In this document: in pieces, positions 37,339 through 47,290 of the stretch
Layout: each line of letters begins with the position of its first letter
How positions within the stretch are numbered: the first letter of the stretch is position 1
NCBI GenBank assembly: GCA_963639765.1
Contig: CAVHXA010000011.1
Coordinates: 1 to 57,754, forward strand
Direction of reading: 5' to 3'
Origin: Oscillospiraceae bacterium
GTDB lineage: Bacteria > Bacillota > Clostridia > Oscillospirales > Oscillospiraceae
Length of the DNA stretch: 57,754 bases
Notes under the pieces: model-generated
The model's database searches: none
Told to the model about the DNA's origin: nothing
The model's input: only the letters and a program-made list of their open reading frames with translations
Translations under genes and position numbers: made by a program

Positions 37339-38003
37339 TGAAGGCGGTGAAAAAGCCATCTGCAATTCCCCTGTATGGAACGGCTGCGGTCTGGCTTATA
37401 TGGTGTCTTTGCCTTCCGCTGTATCGGCTGTGGCACTTTCTGCTTTTAGCGGCTTTTTGCAGCGGTGCCTTTCTGCTGCTGAAAAAATGCTTTCCGCCAA
37501 AGGTATACTATATCCGGCAGCCTGAGGCAGAACCAAACACCGGAAATGCTGCTCTTGACGAAACCATTCGCCTCGGAAGAAGCTATCTGGCCGAAATCCA
37601 ACAGCTGAATAACGACATTCCGGATGCCGAAATTTCAGATCAGCTTGACCGGATGCAGAGTACCACAAAAAAGATATTTGACTATCTGTCGCTGCACGAA
37701 GAGCAGCTGACACAAACCAGACGCTTTATGAACTACTACCTGCCCACCACGCTGAAGCTCCTGCACACCTATACTGAGCTGAGCAGCCAGGGCACTGCAG
37801 GAAAAAACGTTACAGAAGCAAAAGACAAAATCAAAAATATGCTTGATATGGTCAATCAGGCCTTCAGCAGACAACTCGACAGTCTGTTTGCAAGTCAGGT
37901 GATGGATATCACTGCTGAGATCCGGACTCTGCATACCATGATGGTATCCGAGGGATTTGCGGATGATGAGACATCTGCCTTTTCCACGAAGGATACGCAA
38001 TAA
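37339..38003 (+). CDS. xpaC: XpaC-like protein (5-bromo-4-chloroindolyl phosphate hydrolysis protein family, PF10112)
   Basis: Two N-terminal TM helices then a helical domain. AAGGAGG RBS at 37324. Immediately upstream of a telA/yaaN homolog, as in B. subtilis xpaC-yaaN. Confidence 0.6.
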
Positions 38004-38225
38004 TGCAGCCTTTAGCAGACAATGCCTGCCATACACCGACCTTGCTACTCTCAGCAAATCTGTACTGCAGTTCTCAAAAGAATCTGACCACGGCTGCAAT
38101 TGTTGGATGCCGTACACCTTAGAACAGTTCCTACTGCCAACAGAAGCATTTGTCCAAAATTCAACTGCCCCGCATACAGCCACAATCGGAATCGTATCAC
38201 AAACATCAAAAGGAGCCGCACCAAG

Positions 38226-39365
38226 ATGGACAATTTTGAAATGACATTGACCCCGGAGCTTGGCACACAGCCAGCCGCACCAGATGCCATACTTTCCATA
38301 CCTGAGGAAAAGAAAGCTGCACAGCCGGCAGGCCCGGATATGAGTATGCTTACCGAAGCTGAACAAAAAACAGTAATGGATTTTTCAGAAAAGATCGATA
38401 TCAGCAATTCTACCGTGGTTCTGCAATACGGCGCGGGGGCACAGAAAAATATTGCGGATTTTTCTGAGTCGGCACTTAATTCCGTGCGCACCAAAGACCT
38501 GGGTGAGGTCGGAACCATGATCGGCAGTCTGGTTGTTGAGTTGAAAAGCTTTGATGCAGACGAAGAACGCAAGGGTCTGCGCGGTCTTTTTAGGCGCGCA
38601 GGTGACAATATGGAGGCCATGAAGGCCAAGTATGCCAAAGTTGAGGTCAATGTAGACAAAATTGCCGAGCAGCTCGAAAAGCATCAGATAGTTCTGCTGA
38701 AGGATGTAGCTCTGCTCGACCAGATGTACGATAAAAACCTGGATTATTACAAACAGTTGACCATGTATATCCTTGCCGGGCAGCAACGTCTGCAGAAGGA
38801 ACGCAGCACGACTCTGCAGGAGCTGCGCAGCAAGGCTGCACAGACCGGCTCTGCTGCCGATGCACAGGCCGCAAATGATTTTGCCAATGCCTGCACTCGC
38901 TTTGAAAAAAAGCTGCATGACCTTGAACTTACACGGGTGATCTGTATCCAGATGGGCCCACAGATCCGAATGCTGCAAAACAACGACACAATCATGTCGG
39001 AGAAAATCCAGACCTCGCTGGTGAACACAATTCCTTTGTGGAAGAGCCAGATGGTTCTGGCTCTGGGCCTGAATCATTCACAGCAGGCATTGCAGGCCCA
39101 ACGCGCCGTTACCGATATGACCAATGCACTGCTGACCAAAAACGCGGATATGCTCAAGATGGGTACAATCGAAACTGCCAAAGAATCCGAACGCGCGATT
39201 GTAGACATCGAAACTCTGCAGCATACCAACGAAAGCCTTATCTCTACCCTCGATGAGGTGCTGACCATTCAGACTGAGGGCGCACAAAAACGTCGCGAGG
39301 CGGAGGCAGAGCTGCGCAGGATCGAGGGCGAGCTAAAACAGAAGCTTCTTGAGGTCAGAGGTTAG
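38226..39365 (+). CDS. telA: toxic anion resistance protein TelA family (YaaN-like)
   Basis: ~380-aa all-helical protein. The N-terminal ...QYGAGAQKNIADFSESALNSVRTKDLGEVG... matches the TelA family. Start ATG 38226 after AAAGGAG. Confidence 0.8.
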   Translation: MDNFEMTLTPELGTQPAAPDAILSIPEEKKAAQPAGPDMSMLTEAEQKTVMDFSEKIDISNSTVVLQYGAGAQKNIADFSESALNSVRTKDLGEVGTMIGSLVVELKSFDADEERKGLRGLFRRAGDNMEAMKAKYAKVEVNVDKIAEQLEKHQIVLLKDVALLDQMYDKNLDYYKQLTMYILAGQQRLQKERSTTLQELRSKAAQTGSAADAQAANDFANACTRFEKKLHDLELTRVICIQMGPQIRMLQNNDTIMSEKIQTSLVNTIPLWKSQMVLALGLNHSQQALQAQRAVTDMTNALLTKNADMLKMGTIETAKESERAIVDIETLQHTNESLISTLDEVLTIQTEGAQKRREAEAELRRIEGELKQKLLEVRG

Positions 39366-39368
39366 GCC

Positions 39369-40001
39369 GTGACGGATGTTCAGCAAAAAGACCGGGACAG
39401 TGCTGTTTTTTCGACAGCTCAGGAGTTTACACAACCGGACAGGCAGAATCTTTTGCAAAGCAGCCGGTTTGCGGCAGCTGTTCTGGTGGCGGTGATTGTA
39501 TTTGGCAGCCTGTTTGGCGTTCGTCGCAGCCTGAATCGTGCAGAAGAAAAAATAACCCGGCAGTTTTATACCATTTCCAGCGATGAACCGTATGGGATCG
39601 CCACCGATCTTGACAAAATCCTGGAGTTTTCCGGAAACCTCATAACCATTGCCAACAAATACGGCAGCGCATACTCCGATTGTGTTGAGAACGCCGCAGA
39701 GGCCAGACTTGCGCTGAGTGAGGCACAGGGCCCGGCTGAGAGCTATGCGGCCAATGAGAAGCTGACCCTGGCTGTGCAGGCTCTGAATGCAGCTATGGCA
39801 GATGGTAACCTGAGCGAAACGGACGAGCAATATCGTGTACAGCTATACGCGAGCATCCAGTCGCGCAATTCCATTATTGCGCATGAGGCAAGCGACTACA
39901 ATACACAGGTTCGTGAATTCAATCAAACCGTGCTGGGCTCCTTTCTTGCAGATATATTGGGGCCTCTGCTTGGAGTGGAAAAATTAGAGGAGTATCACTG
40001 A
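39369..40001 (+). CDS. lemA: LemA-family membrane protein
   Basis: Single N-terminal TM. C-terminal ...YNTQVREFNQTVLGSFLADILGP... resembles the LemA C-terminal signature. Followed by a TPM gene with 1-nt spacing. Confidence 0.6.
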   Translation: MTDVQQKDRDSAVFSTAQEFTQPDRQNLLQSSRFAAAVLVAVIVFGSLFGVRRSLNRAEEKITRQFYTISSDEPYGIATDLDKILEFSGNLITIANKYGSAYSDCVENAAEARLALSEAQGPAESYAANEKLTLAVQALNAAMADGNLSETDEQYRVQLYASIQSRNSIIAHEASDYNTQVREFNQTVLGSFLADILGPLLGVEKLEEYH

Positions 40002-40002
40002 T

Positions 40003-40995
40003 ATGAAGCAAAAACGACTGTTGGCTCGGCTTTTGCTGGTGGTGCTGCTGGCGTTGAGTTGCCTGCCGGATGCACTGGCTGCGAGAGATATTGTTCAGCC
40101 AACCGAACAGCTATATGCAGCAGATTATGCCAACATCCTGAGTCAGGAGACCGAACAGTGGATCGTTGATCAGTCAACGGAGCTGAAACAGCTCTGCGGC
40201 GGCGAGATTGCTGTGGTAACCATTGATTTTTTAAACGATCTCAATGCCGAAGAATACTGCTATGAGCTCATCAATCAATGGGGCGTGGGCGACAAGGATA
40301 AAAACAACGGAACAGTTCTGCTGCTGGTTCCCGGAGAGGGAAAGGGCTGGATTACCAGAGGCACCGGTCTGGAGGATTATCTGTCTGATGCCCAGCTTGA
40401 GACAATTCTGAACAAATACCTCTGGGATGATTTTGATGCAGGCCGATATGATATTGCCGTGAAAAACACCGTTGCATCGGTGCTTGAGTTCTACGAAAGC
40501 TATTATGGCATCAGCCTGGGCACACAGAATCAGCAGACCGATCAGCAGATTGTACAGCCTGAGCATGCGGCAGAGCCGGAGTCAAAGCACAATACCGGCG
40601 GATACGTTGCGCTGGTGATAGTTATTCTGGTTGTGTTTCTGGTTTGCGGTTCCTCGGGCAGATCATACGGGACGAGAAGAAGTACTGTTGTTTTTTTGCC
40701 GCGGTTCTTCGGTGGCCACCGCCGTCCTCCGCGCAATCCATCACCCAGAGGACCTCGCGGGCCGACAAGACCCGGCGGATTTGGCACGGGCAGCTTCCAT
40801 AGCGGCAGCTTTGGCGGAGGTGCAGGCCGAGGTGGCGGAGCCGGACGCAGCAGCAGTTTTAGAGGAAGCAATTTCCGAGGCGGCGGCTTCGGCGGAGGAG
40901 GTCGGAGCGGTGGCAGCTTTGGCGGCGGATCGGGTCGGAGCGGTGGCAGCTTTGGCGGCGGATCGGGTCGGGGCGGTGGAGCCGGACGAAAATAA
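40003..40995 (+). CDS. TPM-domain (TLP18.3/Psb32/MOLO-1) secreted phosphatase-like protein with TM anchor and Gly/Arg/Ser-rich C-terminal tail
   Basis: Signal peptide MKQKRLLARLLLVVLLALSCLPDALA. TPM core (...AVVTIDFLNDLNAEEYCYELINQWGVGDKDKNNGTVLLLV...). TM helix, then GGGAGRGGG...GGSFGGGSGRSGGSFGGGSGRGGGAGRK. Confidence 0.8.
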   Translation: MKQKRLLARLLLVVLLALSCLPDALAARDIVQPTEQLYAADYANILSQETEQWIVDQSTELKQLCGGEIAVVTIDFLNDLNAEEYCYELINQWGVGDKDKNNGTVLLLVPGEGKGWITRGTGLEDYLSDAQLETILNKYLWDDFDAGRYDIAVKNTVASVLEFYESYYGISLGTQNQQTDQQIVQPEHAAEPESKHNTGGYVALVIVILVVFLVCGSSGRSYGTRRSTVVFLPRFFGGHRRPPRNPSPRGPRGPTRPGGFGTGSFHSGSFGGGAGRGGGAGRSSSFRGSNFRGGGFGGGGRSGGSFGGGSGRSGGSFGGGSGRGGGAGRK

Positions 40996-41110
40996 ATCTG
41001 GCAGAACTTTGCCGGTTTGTGTAAGTCTGCCGCAGCAGTCATACCACAGAAAGCCCGGATTTGGTTCGGATGCGCGGCCTTGTGCAATGTCGAAAAGAAT
41101 CCTCTTCGCT

Positions 41111-41145
41111 GCGTCCCTCTCAAAAAGAGGGACGCTTTTCTGTTT
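41111..41145 (+). terminator. intrinsic terminator after the xpaC-telA-lemA-TPM cluster
   Basis: GCGTCCCTC (41111-41119) / GAGGGACGC (41127-41135), 7-nt loop, then TTTTCTGTTT. Confidence 0.8.
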
Positions 41146-41236
41146 CGCTGCATAAATTGTTTACGCGATTTGGGATGCAAAGCCGATCAAAGTGTGATAC
41201 AATTTCCGGGAGATTTTGCTTGAAGAGGAAATGTAT

Positions 41237-43114
41237 ATGACTACCTTTTTGGCAGGCAGCTATGATGTAGCAGTGGTTGGAGCAGGCCACGCAGGTATCG
41301 AGGCAGCTCTGGCCGCCTCGAGGATGGGCTGTAAAACGGTAATATTTACCATCAACCTTGATGCAGTGGGCAATATGCCCTGTAATCCGGCTATCGGAGG
41401 AACAGGAAAAGGACAGCTTGTACGTGAGTTGGACGCATTGGGGGGCCAGATGGCGCTGGCAGCGGATGCCTGCTGCATTCAATATCGAATGCTGGGCCTG
41501 GGCAAGGGACCTGCTGTCCATTCTCTGCGTGCACAGGCAGATCGCCGCCGTTATAGTGAATATATGAAAAACCTGCTCGAGAGGCAGGAAAATTGTGATC
41601 TCAAGCAGGCCATGGTAACAGGCCTTCTGACAGACAGGACCGGTGCCGCGACCGGCGTGCAGACCAGGCTTGGCGCACAATATCTGGCCCGGGCTGTGGT
41701 AATTGCTACCGGAACATATCTAAATGGCCTTGTGATTGTAGGAGAAGCGGCTTATTCCTCCGGCCCGGACGGAATGCATGCAGGAATCGGCTTGGCAGAG
41801 GATCTGGCATCAAAAGGCCTGGCTCTGCGCCGGTTTAAAACCGGAACACCTCCGCGCCTGAATCGGCGAAGCGTGGATGTGAGCCAGATGGAGCTGCAGC
41901 TCGGCGATGAGAAAACAGTTCCATTTTCGTTCAGAACCACAGATCCTCCGGAAAACCGGGCCGTATGTTATCTGACTTATACCAACGCCGAAACACACCG
42001 GGTAATTCGTGAGAACCTGTCGAGAAGTCCACTGTTCTCAGGCATTATTCGGGGTGTTGGTCCCCGGTATTGCCCTTCCATCGAAGACAAGGTTGTCCGT
42101 TTTGCCGACAAGCCGCGGCACCAGCTGTTTCTGGAGCCCTGCGGACTGGGTACCGATGAACTCTATCTGCAGGGTTTCTCCTCCAGTCTGCCGGAGGATG
42201 TGCAGCTGCAGATGTTGCACACGATCCGCGGTCTGCAGCATGCCGAAATGATGCGTCCGGCCTATGCTATTGAGTATGATTGCATGGATCCAACACAGCT
42301 GCGCCCCACACTGGAATGCAAGACGATTCCCGGGCTGTTTGGCGCGGGGCAGTTTAACGGCTCTTCCGGTTACGAGGAGGCAGCAGTTCAGGGGTTTGTG
42401 GCAGGAGTCAATGCTGCCCTGAGCGTACAGAAAAGAGATCCCTTTGTGCTAACCCGGCAGGACGGCTATATCGGTGTTTTGATTGATGATCTTGTAACCA
42501 AGGGTACAAATGAGCCCTACCGCATGATGACATCCCGCACGGAATACCGACTGATACACCGTCAGGACAATGCTGACGAACGTTTGAGCGGCATTGGATA
42601 TCGTCTCGGACTGGTAAACCGGGACCAATACGAAGCAGTGAGCGAAAAATACCGTCGGGTTCGGGACGAAATCAGACGTCTGGAGTCAACAGGTGTGGCC
42701 GAAAGTCTGGAACTGAATGCACTCATGCAGCAAAAGGGCACATCGCCGGTTTCGGGTTCGGCCAGGTTGTTGGATCTGATTCGCAGACCTCAGCTGACCT
42801 ACGAAGATCTGGCTGTATTCGATCCGTCACGGCCGAAGCTGGATCCGTCCATAACGCAGCAGGTTGAAATCCGTGTAAAATATCAGGGCTATATTGATCG
42901 GCAGGAAAACCAGATTCAGCAGGCACGCCAGGAAGAAAGTCGTCCGCTTCCGAAGGATATCGACTATCTGTCTATTGGCGGCCTGCGGTTAGAGGCAAGG
43001 CAAAAGCTGCAGCAGATTCAGCCGGAGAATATCGGGCAGGCCGGCCGAGTATCCGGTGTATCACCGGCAGATGTAGCTGTGCTGCTGATCTGGCTGGAAC
43101 AAAACGGAGGATAA
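41237..43114 (+). CDS. mnmG: tRNA uridine 5-carboxymethylaminomethyl modification enzyme MnmG (GidA)
   Basis: FAD-binding [16 protein letters not shown]. The full ~625-aa MnmG architecture. Preceded by an extended -10 TGTGATACAAT (41193-41203). Start ATG 41237 (AGAGGA RBS, 7-nt spacer). Confidence 0.95.
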   Translation: MTTFLAGSYDVAVVGAGHAGIEAALAASRMGCKTVIFTINLDAVGNMPCNPAIGGTGKGQLVRELDALGGQMALAADACCIQYRMLGLGKGPAVHSLRAQADRRRYSEYMKNLLERQENCDLKQAMVTGLLTDRTGAATGVQTRLGAQYLARAVVIATGTYLNGLVIVGEAAYSSGPDGMHAGIGLAEDLASKGLALRRFKTGTPPRLNRRSVDVSQMELQLGDEKTVPFSFRTTDPPENRAVCYLTYTNAETHRVIRENLSRSPLFSGIIRGVGPRYCPSIEDKVVRFADKPRHQLFLEPCGLGTDELYLQGFSSSLPEDVQLQMLHTIRGLQHAEMMRPAYAIEYDCMDPTQLRPTLECKTIPGLFGAGQFNGSSGYEEAAVQGFVAGVNAALSVQKRDPFVLTRQDGYIGVLIDDLVTKGTNEPYRMMTSRTEYRLIHRQDNADERLSGIGYRLGLVNRDQYEAVSEKYRRVRDEIRRLESTGVAESLELNALMQQKGTSPVSGSARLLDLIRRPQLTYEDLAVFDPSRPKLDPSITQQVEIRVKYQGYIDRQENQIQQARQEESRPLPKDIDYLSIGGLRLEARQKLQQIQPENIGQAGRVSGVSPADVAVLLIWLEQNGG

Positions 43115-43116
43115 AG

Positions 43117-43884
43117 ATGTATTTTGATACGCATGCCCATTATGATGACAGGGCCTTTGATAAGGACCGCGAGGCTGTTTTGCAGGATATCCACGGTGCC
43201 GGCGTAGCGTATATGGTAAATGTAGGATGTGATCTGAGCAGCTCGTTGCGCAGTGTTGCTCTGGCCAGACAATACGACTGGATCTATGCGGCTGTTGGTA
43301 CCCATCCCAGCGACACAGGGAAGATGTCTGATGCGGATCTTTCCATGTACCGCAGTATTTGCAGGACTGAAAAAAAGGTGGTTGCCATCGGAGAGATCGG
43401 TCTGGATTATCACTGGGATACAACCGCCAGGGAGATCCAGAAGCAGCGCTTTCGACAGCAGCTGGATCTGGCCATTGAGGTAAACAAGCCCGTTGTTATT
43501 CACGAGCGTGATGCCCATGCGGAAGCCATGCAGATCATCCGTGAATACAGGGGACGGGTGACCGGAGTATTTCATTGCTATTCCGGCGCACTGGATATGG
43601 CAAAAGAGTTGATTGAAATGGGCTGGTATCTCAGCTTCACCGGCGTGATTACCTACAAAAACGCGCGAAAGGCGCTGGAGGTGCTGCAATGGCTGCCTTT
43701 GGACCGCATAATGATTGAAACCGACTGCCCTTATCTTTCTCCGGAGCCAAACCGCGGTCGGCGAAACGACAGCCGAAATCTGCTGTATACCAATGCAAGA
43801 CTGGCAGAAATCAAAGGACTCTCACCCGAGACAACTGCACAGACAACACTGGAGAACGGAAAACGTTTTTTTGGAATTTCCTAG
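43117..43884 (+). CDS. tatD: TatD-family metal-dependent hydrolase (YabD-like DNase)
   Basis: MYFDTHAHYDD ... IGEIGLDYHW ... HCYSG ... ETDCPYL conserved metal ligands. Confidence 0.9.
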   Translation: MYFDTHAHYDDRAFDKDREAVLQDIHGAGVAYMVNVGCDLSSSLRSVALARQYDWIYAAVGTHPSDTGKMSDADLSMYRSICRTEKKVVAIGEIGLDYHWDTTAREIQKQRFRQQLDLAIEVNKPVVIHERDAHAEAMQIIREYRGRVTGVFHCYSGALDMAKELIEMGWYLSFTGVITYKNARKALEVLQWLPLDRIMIETDCPYLSPEPNRGRRNDSRNLLYTNARLAEIKGLSPETTAQTTLENGKRFFGIS

Positions 43885-43956
43885 ACAAAAGCGTCCTTTT
43901 TGGAATTCTTGCCAAAGGATTAGGCTGAAATTCTACGAATCAGCCAAAATCTTTGG

Positions 43957-43985
43957 TTGACGTTAAGGCTTGCTTATGTTATATT
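43957..43985 (+). promoter_or_regulatory. near-consensus sigma-A promoter (TTGACG-17-TATATT) upstream of the small membrane protein / radC / uvrB genes
   Basis: TTGACG at 43957-43962, 17-nt spacer, TATATT at 43980-43985. Confidence 0.55.
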
Positions 43986-44030
43986 GAGCATACAAAATGT
44001 TAATCATACGTTGAACTGGGGGGAAATTTC

Positions 44031-44351
44031 GTGGATTCGAGTTTCGACAAGTATAATGACGAGTTTAAAGAGCAACAGAAGACTGGCTTTAAGTACACAC
44101 TGGTGCTGATTGTTGCCTACATTTTTGCATTGGCCGGATTGGTAATTGATATTCTTGCCTTTGTCTATTGGAACGCCTATATTTCCTTAGGTGGTCTTGT
44201 GGCGGCACTGCTGTCTTTCCAGGCTCTCATGAAGGCAAAGGGCGGAGACTGGCGTCTGAAGACCAAGATTCCTCTGATCATCAACATCGTTGTTCTGGCT
44301 GTGGCTTTCGTGTTGCTGTATGTTGTCGGCAGCAAGATGAAGGGCAGATAA
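44031..44351 (+). CDS. small hypothetical 3-TM membrane protein (106 aa, GTG start)
   Basis: GGGGGG RBS 7 nt before GTG 44031. Three hydrophobic helices. Confidence 0.5.
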   Translation: MDSSFDKYNDEFKEQQKTGFKYTLVLIVAYIFALAGLVIDILAFVYWNAYISLGGLVAALLSFQALMKAKGGDWRLKTKIPLIINIVVLAVAFVLLYVVGSKMKGR

Positions 44352-44495
44352 AACATCAAAGGCCGGTTGTCCGGTCCGTGACAGTCCGCGCTGCTTGGCG
44401 CGGGCTGTTTGATTTTTCGGCACTGCGAAGATTCAATAAAATCCGGACAGAAAAGACTGCCGCGGTGCAAAGCGCCAGAAAAAGGAGAAAATGCA

Positions 44496-45194
44496 ATGTC
44501 CAACGAGCATGCCGGCCACCGCAAGCGGCTGCGCCAGCAATACATAAACCACGGCATCGAAACCTTCAACGACATAAACGCGCTCGAACTGCTTCTGTTT
44601 TATCTGGTCCCCCGACAGGATACCAATCTGTTGGCGCATCGGCTACTGGAAAAATTTGGATCGCTTTCGGGCGTTTTTTCTGCACCGGAATATCTGCTGT
44701 CTCAGGTCGAGGGAATGGGACAAATTACAGCCCAATTTTTTCCGCTTCTGCGGCAGCTGCAGGAGCGGGCTGAATTGCAGGGATGGCTCGACAGCCGCCG
44801 CAGTCAGAGGCTGCGCACTCCCGATAATTTCTATGTTTTTTTCCGCCCGTATTTCATTGAAAAACGCAAGGAAGCGGCATACCTGCTGTGCTTGTCGCCG
44901 CAGGGTGAGCCGCTGGGCTGTGAAAAGCTCAGCCAGGGAACAGGCAGCACCACGCTGTTTACCAACCGGGAGGCAGTGGAGGCCGTAATTCGAACACAGG
45001 CTCAGATCTGCGTGCTGGCACATAACCATCCGAAAACCAGCGCAAGACCTTCGTCCGAGGACATTCGTACAACCGAGCAGCTTCACCAGGCTATGTCCGG
45101 TATTGGCGTATTGCTGCTTGACCATTTGATATTGGGTAATGGAGAGTGGTATTCTCTGGCTCAGGAGGGATACCTGCAGCAATATTGGGAGTAG
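44496..45194 (+). CDS. radC: RadC-like JAB-domain protein (UPF0758)
   Basis: HhH-like N-terminal domain, then a JAMM motif region (...[26 protein letters not shown]...). Start ATG 44496 after AAAGGAG. Confidence 0.85.
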   Translation: MSNEHAGHRKRLRQQYINHGIETFNDINALELLLFYLVPRQDTNLLAHRLLEKFGSLSGVFSAPEYLLSQVEGMGQITAQFFPLLRQLQERAELQGWLDSRRSQRLRTPDNFYVFFRPYFIEKRKEAAYLLCLSPQGEPLGCEKLSQGTGSTTLFTNREAVEAVIRTQAQICVLAHNHPKTSARPSSEDIRTTEQLHQAMSGIGVLLLDHLILGNGEWYSLAQEGYLQQYWE

Positions 45195-45198
45195 AACA

Positions 45199-47184
45199 AT
45201 GGAATTTCGGCTTCATAGTGATTATCAGCCTTCCGGTGATCAGCCTCAGGCTATCGAGACATTGGTACGCGGTGTGAATTTGGGCATCGATGAGCAGACT
45301 CTGCTGGGTGTGACCGGCTCCGGCAAGACGTTTACCATGGCCAGTGTGATTGCCCAGGTCAACCGTCCTACGCTGGTTCTGGCGCATAACAAAACCCTTG
45401 CGGCTCAGCTTTGCGAAGAGTTTCGAACCTTTTTCCCTGAAAATGCCGTGGAATACTTTGTGTCCTATTATGATTATTATCAGCCGGAGGCATATATCGC
45501 CCATACCGACACCTATATCGAAAAAGATTCTTCCGTAAACGACGAAATTGAACGCCTGCGTCACTCGGCGACCTCTGCTTTGTTTGAACGACGGGATGTT
45601 ATAGTGGTCTCATCGGTTAGCTGCATCTATGGACTGGGCGATCCCATCGACTATAAAAGCATGGTTATTTCGCTGCGATCTGGTATAACGATCAGCCGCG
45701 AAGCACTTATTCGCCGACTTGTGGATATCCGTTACGAGCGAAACGACATCAACTTTACACGCAACACCTTTCGCGTGAGGGGAGATACAGTTGAGATTTA
45801 TCCCGCCTATTACAGCGGACGTGCCATACGCGTGGAGCTTTTTGGAGATGAGGTAGATCGCATCAGCGAATTCAACCCGGTAACAGGTACGCCGAACCGA
45901 ATACTTGGACACGTGGCAATATATCCTGCCAGCCATTATGTAACGACACGAGAAAAGCTGCTCAAGGCCATTACAGTGATTGAGCAGGAGCTGCAGGTGC
46001 GTCTGCAGCAGTTTGAAGAATGCGGAAAGCTTCTTGAGGCCCAACGCCTGCGTCAACGAACCATGTATGATATAGAGATGATGCAGGAGCTTGGCTATTG
46101 TACCGGAATTGAAAACTATTCCAGAATTCTTGCAGGCCGGGAACCAGGCTCGCCGCCCACCACGCTGCTGGACTATTTCCCAAAGGATTTTCTGCTGTTT
46201 ATCGATGAGAGCCACCAGACTTTGCCACAAGTCCGTGCCATGTATAACGGAGATCGGGCCAGGAAAGAAAGCTTAGTAGAATATGGGTTTCGTTTGCCCT
46301 GTGCTTTTGACAATCGACCATTGAAATTTGATGAATTCCAGCAGAGAATCAATCAGGTTATCTATGTTTCCGCAACCCCCGGAGACTACGAACGCAGCCG
46401 GTCCGGACAGATTGCCGAGCAGGTCATTCGTCCAACCGGTTTGCTGGATCCAAGGGTTACGGTCCGCCCGGCTGTTGGGCAGGTGGATGATTTGCTGGCA
46501 GAGATTCGTACTGTGACCGAACAGGGCCTGCGCACACTGGTAACCACACTGACCAAGAAAATGGCCGAGGATCTGACTGCTTATCTGCAAAAGGTCGGAG
46601 TGCTTGTTCGATATATGCACTCAGACATCACCGCCATGGAGCGTATGGAGATTATACGGGACCTGCGTCTGAAAAAATTTGATGTTCTTGTGGGCATAAA
46701 TCTTCTGCGCGAAGGGTTGGATTTGCCTGAGGTTGCACTGGTTGCCATTCTGGATGCGGATAAAGAGGGCTTTTTGCGTTCAGAAACCAGTCTGATTCAG
46801 ACAATTGGTCGCGCTGCACGAAATGCCGGAGGCCACGTTATACTGTATGCTGATAAAACAACGCCGGCTATGGCGGCTGCCATAGCTGAGACAAACCGGC
46901 GGCGCGCAATTCAGGATGCATACAACCGGTCTCATGGAATTGAACCCAGGACCATCATCAAAGACGTGCGTGATCTGATTGAAATCAGCAGCACCATAAA
47001 GACCACCGAAGCACTTCGCGCCGATGGTGTGAAGATGACCGAAAAGGAAAGACAGCTCGAAATAAATCGTCTGGAAAAGGAAATGAAAAAAGCAGCACGC
47101 ATGATGGAATACGAATATGCCGCTGTGCTGCGGGATCAACTGATTGAGCTGAGAGGCGAGAAAACGAAGACCCCGGAGTCCTGA
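45199..47184 (+). CDS. uvrB: excinuclease ABC subunit B
   Basis: Walker A GVTGSGKT. Helicase motifs. The beta-hairpin region. C-terminal UvrB/UvrC interaction domain (...[18 protein letters not shown]). Start ATG 45199. Confidence 0.95.
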   Translation: MEFRLHSDYQPSGDQPQAIETLVRGVNLGIDEQTLLGVTGSGKTFTMASVIAQVNRPTLVLAHNKTLAAQLCEEFRTFFPENAVEYFVSYYDYYQPEAYIAHTDTYIEKDSSVNDEIERLRHSATSALFERRDVIVVSSVSCIYGLGDPIDYKSMVISLRSGITISREALIRRLVDIRYERNDINFTRNTFRVRGDTVEIYPAYYSGRAIRVELFGDEVDRISEFNPVTGTPNRILGHVAIYPASHYVTTREKLLKAITVIEQELQVRLQQFEECGKLLEAQRLRQRTMYDIEMMQELGYCTGIENYSRILAGREPGSPPTTLLDYFPKDFLLFIDESHQTLPQVRAMYNGDRARKESLVEYGFRLPCAFDNRPLKFDEFQQRINQVIYVSATPGDYERSRSGQIAEQVIRPTGLLDPRVTVRPAVGQVDDLLAEIRTVTEQGLRTLVTTLTKKMAEDLTAYLQKVGVLVRYMHSDITAMERMEIIRDLRLKKFDVLVGINLLREGLDLPEVALVAILDADKEGFLRSETSLIQTIGRAARNAGGHVILYADKTTPAMAAAIAETNRRRAIQDAYNRSHGIEPRTIIKDVRDLIEISSTIKTTEALRADGVKMTEKERQLEINRLEKEMKKAARMMEYEYAAVLRDQLIELRGEKTKTPES

Positions 47185-47290
47185 GAAAGCTGCACAAAAA
47201 GGCCGGGAAGCAATAAAGGACCGACGGCAGAAAATACAGCCATGGAGTTGAAATCAGAATCCGCCGACGGTTCAAAAAAGGAGTTAAACC

